Of a stretch of 18,253 nucleotides of DNA, positions 1 through 8,744 are shown in pieces (position 1 is the stretch's first letter; each line of letters opens with the position of its first letter). Made by a program: the position numbers and the translations under genes. The DNA is from Brachymonas sp. (GTDB taxonomy: Bacteria; Pseudomonadota; Gammaproteobacteria; Burkholderiales; Burkholderiaceae_C): NCBI GenBank assembly GCA_030538335.1, contig JAUNUE010000014.1, positions 1-18,253 on the forward strand. Reading direction: 5' to 3'. Under the pieces are notes generated by a model that was given only the letters and a program-made list of their open reading frames with translations, had not been told where the DNA came from and did not search any database.

Positions 1-2600
1 GTGGTGATGATCGTGCCCTTGTTTTGCAGCGTCTGTCCGGCTTGCAGGCTGACATTGCCCGGTGCCTGGATGGTGCTGACTACGGCATCATGGGTTTCGG
101 TGTGGTTCTCGGTCTTGGCACCACCCGCCTGCACGCCGATGAACAAGCCATTGAGCCCGGCGCTGATGAAGGGGCCGCCGTTGCTCAACTGGGTGTTGTT
201 GTCGCTGCTGCTGGATTTGCTGTCGCCTGCCGCCACCGTCACATTGGGCGCCGTGATGGTCACTGGCCCGGAACTGGCGGCAATCTGGCTGCCCTTGAGG
301 GCTACCGCGTTGCCGCCCTGGATGTTGACCGTGCTGCCGCTGAGGCTGTTGGCCGTGGCCAGGCCGCTGCTCTGCCCGGTCGTCGTGGTGACACCTTGCA
401 GGTTCAGGCCGGCGGTGTATTGCAGCGCGCTGCCGTTTTGCGAAGCGTAACCGGCAAACCCGAGCGTGTAGTTCTGCTTGGTGCTGCCCGTTTGCGCATC
501 TGCAATGTCGGTGGTCACGGCATTGGCAGCGTTCAGGTTGAGCGCCTGGCCTGCGGAGACGGCGCTGCCTGCCGCGCCTACATTGTTGCCACTGAGTGTG
601 ATGGCGCTCTGCGAGGTGACGCTGGAGCCCACGGTAGTGTCAGCCGAGGTGGTGGTGGCATCGCTGGCATCGGTAATGTTGAAAGCCGCGCCGTGGCGGT
701 TGCCGCTGGTGCCCGAGGTGTTGTTGAATGCATATCCCAGCTTCACATCGCCATCGGACGAAGCCAGCTGCACGCCGTTGGTGCCGTTGATGGCACTGGC
801 AGTCACGCTGACGCCGCCATTACCGTTGACGGCGACGTGCTGCCCCTGAATGCTGCTGCCATGCTGCGTGATGCTGGTGGTGCTGTTGTGGTGGTTCTCA
901 CCACCTGCAATACCACCTGCATTGAGAAAATCCACGCTGTTGGTTGACGTGTTCTGGCTGGTCTGGCTGCCGATGCTGGTAGTGCCCTGACTGGTCAGGG
1001 CCACCTGCTGGCCGCTCACCTGAGTGCCTTGCAGGGCCACGTTACCGCCGCTGCTGCCAATGGCCACATTACCGCCCGCCTGCAGGCTGGTGCCGGTGAA
1101 ATTCTGTTGGCTGCTGGCCGTCACGTTGCGGCCAGTTTGCAGCGCATTACCCTGGGCGACATAGTTGACGGTGTTGCTGCTGCTGTTTTGCGCTACGGCG
1201 CCCGACAGGTTCACTGCCTGGCTGCCACTGACAGACAGGTCGCCGCCCGCGCTAACCGAGGCTGCCTGCGCATTGACGGCCCCGCTGGTGGCCTTGATGT
1301 TTGCATCTTGCGCCACCTGCCAGTTGTTGCCATACAGGTTCTGTGTCTGTTGTGTGGTGTGGTTCTTGTTGTTCCATGCGAACCGTGATTGCTCTACCGT
1401 GCTGCCGCTGGTGCTATTGGTCGTGGTGCTGCCAAGCTGCACGGTACCACCCGACACATGCAGGTTCTGCGCCTTGATCTGCACCGCATTGAGCGTATTG
1501 CTGCCGGCAGCCGACAGATCCACTTGATTGCCGCTGATCTGCGTGGCGCTGAAAGCCTCGTCGTGACTGGTGTTGGAAGTTTTGGAGCTCACCATCGAAG
1601 CGAAGTTGTAGGAAGAGTTGCCGGTGCTGCTGTCGCGGGACTGGATCTGGCCCTGTACGTCCAGATTGTTCGCCGCCAAGGCCACATCACCGCCCTTGAT
1701 CTGGCTGGCTGTTACTTTCAGATTTCCGGCGGTGTTGACATCGACCAGACTGGTACCGTTGAGGCTGCCCTGTACCGAAGTGGTGGCTGTGGCATCCGTA
1801 TTGTGAATACGGATGGCCCCAGCGTACATGCTGCCCAGGATGGCGCCATCGAGCACCGCAGTCGTTACGCCCTGGGGAGCCGCCTGTTCCGCCGCGCTTA
1901 ACGGCGTAGTGGCCAGAGACCCGTCTGCGCGCACATGCTGGCGCCCCGACTTGACATTAATAGCGCTGTTGGCACTGACATTGCCGTTTACGTTGACACG
2001 CGGCGCAATCAGGTTGAGGACGTCTGCGCCGCCCACATGGCCTGTCACATTCAGCGCGTTGCTATTGCCGTTGGCGCCGACCTGATAGCTTGAAAGTGCG
2101 CCATTGCTGAGTTCGGGCTTGCCCACCACCAGGGAAGCCGAGGGCGTATTGATAAAGCCGCAGCCGTTGCAGGTGATGCCGTTGGGGTTGGCCAGCACCA
2201 GGTTGGCAGCCATGCCAAAAACCTCCTGCTTGCCCAGCAGCAGCGAAGGGTTGTTGCTTACCACTTCGTTCAAGATCACATTGGCCGACTGACCGCGCAG
2301 GTTGGCATTGGCCCCTAGCTGCCCTGCCAATTGCGAGGTACCGGCAACGGTGGCATTGTTCAGCACCGCGCCCTGTGTCGGCACGTTGTAATTGCTGTAC
2401 TGGTTGTAGGACAAGCCCTGTGCATTGGGCGCCACGATGTTCACCACGGGCACGCCATTCTTGCTGCTTACCGAGGTTGCGCCCACAGGCGTGATGCTTT
2501 GCGCCATAAGGGGCTGCGCCGCTACCAACGACAGGCCGATCAGCGCTGCCAGTCGCCCTTTGCTGGAAAGTTTCCAGCGCCTTGTGTTTTCACGTTTCAT
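1..2600 (-). CDS. TpsA-family secreted exoprotein (filamentous haemagglutinin / ShlA / CdiA-like), N-terminal ~866 aa only; the C-terminus lies beyond the window start
   Basis: Minus-strand translation from the ATG at 2600 gives MKRENTRRWKLSSKGRLAALIGLSLVAAQPLMAQS..., a Sec signal with a long n-region. A TPS secretion domain follows, with the hallmark motifs ...SANVILNEVVSNNPSLLLGKQEVFGMAANLVLANPNGITCNGCGFINT... (NPNL/NPNG-type). The rest is long Gly/Asn/Ser/Thr/Ala/Val-rich beta-helical repeats with no stop before position 1. AAGGAG sits 6 nt upstream of the ATG (revcomp of 2607-2612). It is absent from the ORF track only because it has no in-window stop. The plus-strand ORFs in 1-2600 are mirror artefacts. 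Confidence 0.82.
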   Translation of the reverse strand, partial: MKRENTRRWKLSSKGRLAALIGLSLVAAQPLMAQSITPVGATSVSSKNGVPVVNIVAPNAQGLSYNQYSNYNVPTQGAVLNNATVAGTSQLAGQLGANANLRGQSANVILNEVVSNNPSLLLGKQEVFGMAANLVLANPNGITCNGCGFINTPSASLVVGKPELSNGALSSYQVGANGNSNALNVTGHVGGADVLNLIAPRVNVNGNVSANSAINVKSGRQHVRADGSLATTPLSAAEQAAPQGVTTAVLDGAILGSMYAGAIRIHNTDATATTSVQGSLNGTSLVDVNTAGNLKVTASQIKGGDVALAANNLDVQGQIQSRDSSTGNSSYNFASMVSSKTSNTSHDEAFSATQISGNQVDLSAAGSNTLNAVQIKAQNLHVSGGTVQLGSTTTNSTSGSTVEQSRFAWNNKNHTTQQTQNLYGNNWQVAQDANIKATSGAVNAQAASVSAGGDLSVSGSQAVNLSGAVAQNSSSNTVNYVAQGNALQTGRNVTASSQQNFTGTSLQAGGNVAIGSSGGNVALQGTQVSGQQVALTSQGTTSIGSQTSQNTSTNSVDFLNAGGIAGGENHHNSTTSITQHGSSIQGQHVAVNGNGGVSVTASAINGTNGVQLASSDGDVKLGYAFNNTSGTSGNRHGAAFNITDASDATTTSADTTVGSSVTSQSAITLSGNNVGAAGSAVSAGQALNLNAANAVTTDIADAQTGSTKQNYTLGFAGYASQNGSALQYTAGLNLQGVTTTTGQSSGLATANSLSGSTVNIQGGNAVALKGSQIAASSGPVTITAPNVTVAAGDSKSSSSDNNTQLSNGGPFISAGLNGLFIGVQAGGAKTENHTETHDAVVSTIQAPGNVSLQAGQTLQNKGTIIT

Positions 2601-2648
2601 TGTTTACTCCTTGCAGTTGGCGCGGTGCATCGCACCCGCTCTTCACTC

Positions 2649-2675
2649 AAAAAACCCGCGCTGCCGCAGCGCGGG
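2649..2675 (-). terminator. Rho-independent terminator-like hairpin between tpsB and tpsA (9-bp GC stem CCCGCGCUG/CAGCGCGGG, 3-nt loop, then U6 on the minus strand)
   Basis: Plus strand reads aaaaaa-cccgcgctg-ccg-cagcgcggg. On the minus-strand transcript the hairpin is followed by UUUUUUGAG. It lies 17 nt downstream of the tpsB stop and ~50 nt upstream of the tpsA RBS. Confidence 0.5.
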
Positions 2676-2691
2676 CACGTTGATAAAACCG

Positions 2692-4407
2692 TCAGAATGT
2701 CCAGGTCACGCTTGCCGTCAGGCTGTTGCGCGTTTGCCTGGCCACCAGCAGGCGTGCGCGCGCCAGTTCCAGATCAGCCGCCAGATTGCGGTATTTCAGG
2801 CCGAATCCGGCGCTGCCGCTCACCACACGCTCGGTGCTGGCACTGGAGGCCGTGCTGCTGCGCACCACGCCCGCGTCCAGGCCGATGCGGGGCTGCACCG
2901 TCCAGTTGCCTACAGCCCATGTCGTGGCCAAAGTGTTGCGCACGGCCCAGCCGCGATCACCCGACACATTGGTATCAGCCAGTCCGCGCACCAGTGTGCG
3001 GTCAGACAGCAGCATCTGCTCGACCCCGTACAAGGGCTGACGAGCATGCTGCGCCACCAGTTGATGCTGGTGGCTCCAGTTCTTGTCCAGCGCCTGGAAC
3101 TGTCCGTTCCAGCTCGCCGTGAACAGCACCTTGTCAAAAGCCGCATGTGGGTAAGCGGCAAACAGGGATGCAGGCATATTGCCCTGCGCTTGTTCGCGCA
3201 GCCCCTTCTGCCATTCCAGCCCCCACTGCGCTACGCCCGCTTCAAACAGGCGGGTGTGTGAAAGCCCGAGTTGTGATTTGAGAATGCTTGGGCTCTGGAT
3301 GGCCAGTTCAGTGCCCATAAAGGTATTGCGCACATCCGACTTGGCCAGTTGCAGGTACAGCGAAGTAATGTGGCGTGCGCTGCGGCTGACTACGCGGTCG
3401 GCGCGCACCGCGTATTGCCGCATACTGCCCGCCAGCTCTGCGTTGACGCCCTGCAGGGGCTGCTGCGCCTTGTACGCCGAGGCGCTGGCCATTGCGCTGA
3501 AATTCCAGTAGCCATATGGCACGGCATACAGCAACGTGGCACCGTGGCTTTTCTGCTGACTGGTTCCAGGCCACGTGGAATTGGCCGACACCCACAAGCT
3601 GTCAGATAAACCCAGCGGGCTGTTCACCGACAAGGTACCGCGCACCACCCCGCGACCGGTACTGGAAGATCCCGTGTTATCCAGACTGATGGAACCATGC
3701 ACTACGCCTGCGTCTCGGCTCGTTAGCCGCACCTCAACGGCATCCGACCCTTGCGGATAGACATCGGCCTGCACCTGCAGACCCGGCAGGCGCCGAGTCT
3801 GATCCAGCGCCTGATCCAGATCCTGCATGTTGAGCCAGCCTTGCCCCCGCTGCGGAAACAGGGTGCTTGGGTTGACTTGCCGTGTCTGGCCCGTTACTTT
3901 GGCAATGCGCACAGGTTCCACCACCAGCTCCAGCTGCTGGGGCAGCCAGAGCGGCCGAATGGCAATGCGGGGATAGCCACGCCGGACAAACGCCGCCGTA
4001 ATCGCTTGCGTCAAGGCATCAACCTGCCCCTGCGACACACAGGGCGGTATCATGCGCCTGATCTCCATTTGCTCAGGTAGCGCTAACAGATCCAGCCCCG
4101 AAACATGCACCGAACGGGAGTCCGTACACTGTTGCACGGTTGCGGGCGCAGGCACGGCGTGCTGCTCACGATCTGGCGCAGTGGCGGTGCTGCCCCGCTC
4201 ATCATGCATGCCCTCCATCTTGCGAAGCAACAGATTCTTCCGCTCTTGGGCGCGCAGCATATCGGTTTGCTGCAGACCGTTGACATCGCTGCGTGCTGCC
4301 GAAGGCGGCATTACCTGCTGCGCCTGAATCGCATGGCAGGCGGCAACTCCTGAAACACAAAAAACGACCGTTCGTGCAAATTTCGTGACAAAAAAAGGAC
4401 GTATCAC
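2692..4407 (-). CDS. TpsB / ShlB / FhaC-family outer-membrane two-partner-secretion transporter (POTRA + 16-strand beta-barrel)
   Basis: The 627-aa minus ORF shows the typical ShlB/FhaC family signature (...NTGSSSTGRGVVRGTLSVNSPLGLSDSLWVSANSTW..., POTRA-like N-region). The start is placed at GTG (complement of 4405-4407), giving MIRPFFVTKFARTVVFCVSGVAACHA|IQAQQ: a basic n-region, a hydrophobic core and AxA-type cleavage. The longer ORF to 4575 would put 56 non-signal residues in front of the signal peptide. No good SD precedes the GTG, so the start is uncertain. Confidence 0.8.
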   Translation of the reverse strand: MIRPFFVTKFARTVVFCVSGVAACHAIQAQQVMPPSAARSDVNGLQQTDMLRAQERKNLLLRKMEGMHDERGSTATAPDREQHAVPAPATVQQCTDSRSVHVSGLDLLALPEQMEIRRMIPPCVSQGQVDALTQAITAAFVRRGYPRIAIRPLWLPQQLELVVEPVRIAKVTGQTRQVNPSTLFPQRGQGWLNMQDLDQALDQTRRLPGLQVQADVYPQGSDAVEVRLTSRDAGVVHGSISLDNTGSSSTGRGVVRGTLSVNSPLGLSDSLWVSANSTWPGTSQQKSHGATLLYAVPYGYWNFSAMASASAYKAQQPLQGVNAELAGSMRQYAVRADRVVSRSARHITSLYLQLAKSDVRNTFMGTELAIQSPSILKSQLGLSHTRLFEAGVAQWGLEWQKGLREQAQGNMPASLFAAYPHAAFDKVLFTASWNGQFQALDKNWSHQHQLVAQHARQPLYGVEQMLLSDRTLVRGLADTNVSGDRGWAVRNTLATTWAVGNWTVQPRIGLDAGVVRSSTASSASTERVVSGSAGFGLKYRNLAADLELARARLLVARQTRNSLTASVTWTF

Positions 4408-4825
4408 TGCGAAATATCGAAAACTGTGGGAAAAGTCGCATTTTTTTCTTATCTTGTGTAAATTTGATGAAATGCCGTGGTGATTCTTTACCTGATTTCC
4501 TTCAGGGAGTTCCCGTTCGCTTCCCGATTGCGGGCATTTTGTCGCGCTCCTTTCCGGGCAGCATCCGTATCGCATCGGGCTTTGATGACATCAAACGCCA
4601 AGTGACTGAACTGCTGGTGTATGAGGTGCAGGTAAGGGCAGAACATTGAACGCTGCGCCATCGCTGGCCTTTTCTTGCGTGAAGTTGCTGGCAGGGTCGT
4701 TGCCGAGCGGCGGGGCGGGCACGCAGTGGCAAAATGGTGCCGATTCAGGTGGTGGCAGGGCTGGCCATTCTGGAGCAACAGAACAATCCGCACTGACCGT
4801 GCAGCATTCTCTCGCGAGGCCCACG

Positions 4826-7800
4826 ATGCGCAAGATCAACTCCATCCTCATCGCCAACCGTTCTGAAATTGCCATCCGCGTGATGCGCGCTGCATCCGAG
4901 ATGCACATCCGTACCGTGGGCATTTACGCTGCGCAAGACCGGCTGGCGCTGCACCGCTTCAAGGCCGACGAGAGCTATCTGGTGGGCGAGGGCAAGCGCC
5001 CGCTGGAGGCGTATCTCGACATCCACGACATTTTGCGGATTGCCCACGATGCCAGGGTCGATGCCATCCACCCCGGTTACGGTTTCCTCGCCGAAAACCC
5101 CGATTTTGCACAGGCCGTGATCGACTCGAACATGCTGTGGGTTGGCCCCCGGCCCGAGGTGATGCGCACGCTGGGCAACAAGGTCTCGGCGCGCGAAGCG
5201 GCTGTGGCCGCGGGCGTGCCGGTGGTGCCCGCCAGCCCGCCCTTGCCCTACGATGTGGAAGGCTGCCTGGCTGCTGCGCGCGCCATCGGCTACCCGGTCA
5301 TGCTCAAGGCCTCGTGGGGCGGCGGTGGCCGTGGCATGCGTGTGATCGAGAACGATGCCGAATTGCCTGCCGCCATCGAAGCTGCACGCCGCGAAGCCAA
5401 GGCCGCGTTTGGCAACGACGAGTTGTATTTTGAAAAACTGGTGCGCCGCGCGCGCCATGTGGAGGTGCAGATCCTGGGCGACCTGCACGACCAGGCCGTG
5501 CATCTGTACGAGCGCGATTGCACGGTGCAACGGCGCAACCAGAAGGTGGTGGAGCGCGCCCCCGCGCCCTACCTCAGCAACGCGCAGCGCACCGAGCTGT
5601 GCCAGAGCGCCTTGCAACTGATGCAGGCAGTGGGCTACAGCCACGCGGGCACGGTCGAATTTTTGATGGACGTGGACACGGGCCGGTTCTACTTCATGGA
5701 GGTCAACCCGCGCATTCAGGTGGAGCACACCGTGACCGAGGAAGTCACGGGCATCGACATCGTCAAGGCGCAGATCCGCATCAGCGAAGGCGCGCACATC
5801 GGCCAGCTTGAAGACGCGGTGGATGCCCAGGGTCAGGTGCTGCGCCGCGCCTCGGGCGTGCCTGCGCAGGCTGACATTCAGCTCAAGGGCCATGCGCTGC
5901 AATGCCGCATCACCACCGAAGACCCGGCCAACAATTTCTTGCCCGACTACGGGCGGCTCTCGGCTTACCGCAGCGCGGCTGGTTTTGGCGTGCGGCTCGA
6001 TGGTGGCACGGCTTATGGCGGCGCGGTGATCACGCCGTATTACGACTCGCTGCTGGTCAAGGTTACCACCTGGGCGCCGACACCGAAGGAAGCGATCGAC
6101 CGCATGTGGCGCTCGCTGCGCGAGTTCCGCATCCGTGGCGTGGCGTCGAACCTGCCGTTTCTGGAAAACCTCATCACCCACCCGGCATTTGCCACAGGTG
6201 AGTTGACCACGCGCTTCATCGACGAAAACCCCGAGCTGATGCACACCGCCACGCGCCGCGACCGCGCTACGCGCCTGCTGCGCTATGTGGCCGACGTGAG
6301 CGTGCACGGCCACCCCGAGATGAAGGGCCGCACGCTGCCCGCGCTGCCGCTGTCCAAACCGGTGTTGCCCAAGATCGGGCTGGATACCAACACCAGTTGC
6401 GCCATGCCCGGCACGCGCGACCGCTTGCGTGAACTGGGGCCACAGGGCTTTGCGCAATGGATGCGCGCGCAAAAACAGGTTCTGCTCACCGACACCTCCA
6501 TGCGCGATGCGCACCAGTCGCTGTTTGCCACGCGCATGCGCACGGCAGACATGCTGCCCATCGCGCCGTATTACGCCTACGAATTGCGGGAGTTGTTTTC
6601 GCTCGAATGCTGGGGCGGCGCGACCTTTGACGTGGCCCTGCGCTTTTTGAAAGAGGACCCGTGGGCGCGCCTGGCGCAACTGCGCGAACGCATCCCCAAC
6701 ATCCTGTTCCAGATGCTGCTGCGCGGCTCCAACGCGGTGGGCTACACCAACTACGCCGACAATGTGGTGCGCCATTTCGTGCAGCAGGCAGCAGGTGCGG
6801 GCATCGACCTGTTCCGCGTGTTCGACTCGCTCAACTGGGTCGAGAACATGCGCGTGGCGATGGACGCCGTGATCGAGGCCGGTGCGCTGTGCGAAGGCAG
6901 CGTGTGCTACACCGCCGACCTGTTTGACGAATCGCGACCCAAATACGGCCTGAAATACTACGTCGGCATTGCCAAGCAGTTGCAGGCGGCGGGCGCGCAC
7001 ATCATTGGCCTCAAAGACATGGCGGGCGTCTGCAAGCCACGCTCGGCAGCGGCACTGGTCAAGGCGCTGAAAGAAGAAACCGGGCTGCCCGTGCACTTCC
7101 ACACGCACGATACCTCGGGCATTGCAGCCTCCTCCGTACTCGCTGCGGTAGAGGCCGGTTGCGATGCGGTCGATGGTGCCATGGGCGCCTTGAGTGGCCT
7201 GACTTCACAGCCCAACCTCGCGAGCATTGCCGCCGCGCTGGAAGGCACCGAGCGCGACCCCGGCGTGCCGCTGTCGGCCATGCACGAAGCCAGCATGTAC
7301 TGGGAGGGCGTGCGCCGCTACTACGCACCGTTCGAGAGCGAATTCCGCGCCGGCACCGCCGATGTGTACCGCCACGAAATGCCCGGTGGCCAATACACCA
7401 ACTTGCGCGAACAGGCGCGCGCGCTGCGGCTGGAACACCGCTGGACCGAAGTCTCGCAAGCCTACGCCGACGTGAACAAATTGTTTGGCGACATCGTCAA
7501 GGTCACGCCCACCTCCAAGGTCGTGGGCGACCTGGCGCTGCTCATGGTGGCCAACGACCTCACCGCTGCAGACGTGGCCAACCCCGACCGCGAAATACCT
7601 TTTCCTGAATCGGTGGTGTCGCTGTTCAAGGGCGAGCTGGGCTTTCCGCCCGATGGCTTTCCCGAAGCGTTGTCGCGCAAGGTGCTCAAGGCCGACCCGC
7701 CCGCGCCCTACCGCCCTGGCGAGCGCATTGCGCCTGTTGATCTGGAAGCCACACGTGCCGAAGCCGAAGCGCTGTGCAACGCCAAACTCGACGACCGGCA

Positions 7801-8344
7801 ACTGGCCTCGTACCTGATGTACCCCAAGGTCACGCAAAACTACTTCGAGCATTACAACAACTACGGCGACACTTCGGTGCTGCCCACGCCCGCCTTTTTC
7901 TACGGCCTGCGCCAGCAGCAAGACGAAATCGCCGTGAGTATTGACGCGGGCAAAACCCTGCTCATCAGCCTGCAATCGGTGCAGCCCGATCACGAAGCGC
8001 AGGAACACAAGGTGCAGTTTGAACTCAACGGCCAGTCGCGCATGGTGCACGTGCCCATGCGCAGCGTCGAAGGAGAGGGCAAGGCCCGCAGCGCCCAGAA
8101 GCGTCCCAAGGCCGAAACCGGCAACATCCAGCACCTGGCCGCGCCCATGGCCGGTACCATCGTCACCGTCGCTGTCAAACCGGGGCAAAAGGTCAAGGCG
8201 GGCGACCCCATCCTCGCCGTGGAAGCCATGAAAATGGAAACCCACCTCAGCGCCGAACGCGACGCCGAAGTCGAGCAGGTGCTGGTGCAGGCCGGCGACC
8301 AGATCGACGCCAAGGATTTGCTGGTGGTGTTCAAGGCGTTATGA
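4826..8344 (+). CDS. pyc: pyruvate carboxylase (biotin carboxylase + carboxyltransferase + biotinyl domains), 1172 aa
   Basis: The N-terminus MRKINSILIANRSEIAIRVMRAA matches the biotin-carboxylase start. Carboxyltransferase motifs are present (ECWGGATFDVALRFLKEDPWARL, HFHTHDTSGIA). A C-terminal biotinyl domain carries the AMKMETH biotinylation motif. GAGG lies 7-10 nt upstream of the ATG at 4826. The in-frame upstream extension to 4646 has no stop but no homology. Confidence 0.92.
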   Translation: MRKINSILIANRSEIAIRVMRAASEMHIRTVGIYAAQDRLALHRFKADESYLVGEGKRPLEAYLDIHDILRIAHDARVDAIHPGYGFLAENPDFAQAVIDSNMLWVGPRPEVMRTLGNKVSAREAAVAAGVPVVPASPPLPYDVEGCLAAARAIGYPVMLKASWGGGGRGMRVIENDAELPAAIEAARREAKAAFGNDELYFEKLVRRARHVEVQILGDLHDQAVHLYERDCTVQRRNQKVVERAPAPYLSNAQRTELCQSALQLMQAVGYSHAGTVEFLMDVDTGRFYFMEVNPRIQVEHTVTEEVTGIDIVKAQIRISEGAHIGQLEDAVDAQGQVLRRASGVPAQADIQLKGHALQCRITTEDPANNFLPDYGRLSAYRSAAGFGVRLDGGTAYGGAVITPYYDSLLVKVTTWAPTPKEAIDRMWRSLREFRIRGVASNLPFLENLITHPAFATGELTTRFIDENPELMHTATRRDRATRLLRYVADVSVHGHPEMKGRTLPALPLSKPVLPKIGLDTNTSCAMPGTRDRLRELGPQGFAQWMRAQKQVLLTDTSMRDAHQSLFATRMRTADMLPIAPYYAYELRELFSLECWGGATFDVALRFLKEDPWARLAQLRERIPNILFQMLLRGSNAVGYTNYADNVVRHFVQQAAGAGIDLFRVFDSLNWVENMRVAMDAVIEAGALCEGSVCYTADLFDESRPKYGLKYYVGIAKQLQAAGAHIIGLKDMAGVCKPRSAAALVKALKEETGLPVHFHTHDTSGIAASSVLAAVEAGCDAVDGAMGALSGLTSQPNLASIAAALEGTERDPGVPLSAMHEASMYWEGVRRYYAPFESEFRAGTADVYRHEMPGGQYTNLREQARALRLEHRWTEVSQAYADVNKLFGDIVKVTPTSKVVGDLALLMVANDLTAADVANPDREIPFPESVVSLFKGELGFPPDGFPEALSRKVLKADPPAPYRPGERIAPVDLEATRAEAEALCNAKLDDRQLASYLMYPKVTQNYFEHYNNYGDTSVLPTPAFFYGLRQQQDEIAVSIDAGKTLLISLQSVQPDHEAQEHKVQFELNGQSRMVHVPMRSVEGEGKARSAQKRPKAETGNIQHLAAPMAGTIVTVAVKPGQKVKAGDPILAVEAMKMETHLSAERDAEVEQVLVQAGDQIDAKDLLVVFKAL

Positions 8345-8594
8345 ATCACCTTGCATCACCATAGGGCAGAACCTCCGAAGGAGATTCTGCTGAATGGATA
8401 CGCATGCCATCACCAAAACGGTTTGATCTCCTTTGTAACTATGTCCCAGAGGATGGACAGCAGACTCCAACGCATAGGTGCAATCAACCACCGCCATGTG
8501 TCGGAATCGCCTTCAGCGGTTCCAACTTGCACGGATTGAACATCAGGTAGTCGCCATCCTCCCGCAGCAGGAACCCAGCATCCGTTCGGGCTGA

Positions 8595-8635
8595 GCCTGT
8601 CGAAGCCCTGTCAACCTTTTGTCCTTTCGACAGGC
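8595..8635. repeat. Inverted repeat (10-bp arms GCCTGTCGAA / TTCGACAGGC, 21-nt spacer) embedded in three to four direct CCTGTC hexamers
   Basis: Read directly from the sequence. It sits in the 400-bp pyc-rtcB intergenic region, ~70 nt upstream of the bidirectional terminator. Confidence 0.6.
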
Positions 8636-8697
8636 CTGTCATCAGCAAAGTCGAATGGCTCAGGGCAAACGATTTTTGAACGATGCATGGTCGCAAT

Positions 8698-8737
8698 AAA
8701 AAAGCCCCTGCATTGCTGCAGGGGCTTGGGGTTTTCA
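8698..8737. terminator. Bidirectional intrinsic terminator (9-bp stem GCCCCUGCA/UGCAGGGGC, loop UUGC; A6 on one side, UUGGGGUUUU on the other)
   Basis: Minus-strand reading gives the hairpin then UUUUUU, 8 nt after the rtcB stop at 8745. Plus-strand reading gives the hairpin then a U-rich tail. Confidence 0.65.
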
Positions 8738-8744
8738 CAAACGG

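Noticed and set aside
4408-4575. Longer tpsB ORF starting at 4575 (MRYGCCPERSATKCPQ...)
   Set aside because: It would bury the Sec signal peptide 56 residues inside the protein. A GTG at 4407 gives a proper N-terminal signal, but that start is itself uncertain (no SD).
4646-4825. N-terminal extension of the pyc ORF (MNAAPSLAFSCVKLL...)
   Set aside because: It has no similarity to Pyc N-termini. The conserved start MRKINSILIANRSEIAIRV begins at 4826 with an upstream GAGG.
4745-7108. 787-aa ORF antisense to pyc (and similar long antisense ORFs at 14515-16155 opposite serS, 17229-18032 opposite radC, 2331-3261 opposite tpsB, 24-947 opposite tpsA)
   Set aside because: Stop-codon-poor antisense frames are expected at ~67% GC. 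Their translations are low-complexity Ala/Arg/Gly-rich with no family resemblance. The sense strands carry unmistakable homologues.
8351-8738. Small ORFs in the pyc-rtcB spacer (62 aa plus strand, 84 aa minus strand)
   Set aside because: The TTG/terminator-embedded starts, intermediate GC3 and lack of motifs argue against them. The 84-aa ORF begins inside the terminator hairpin.
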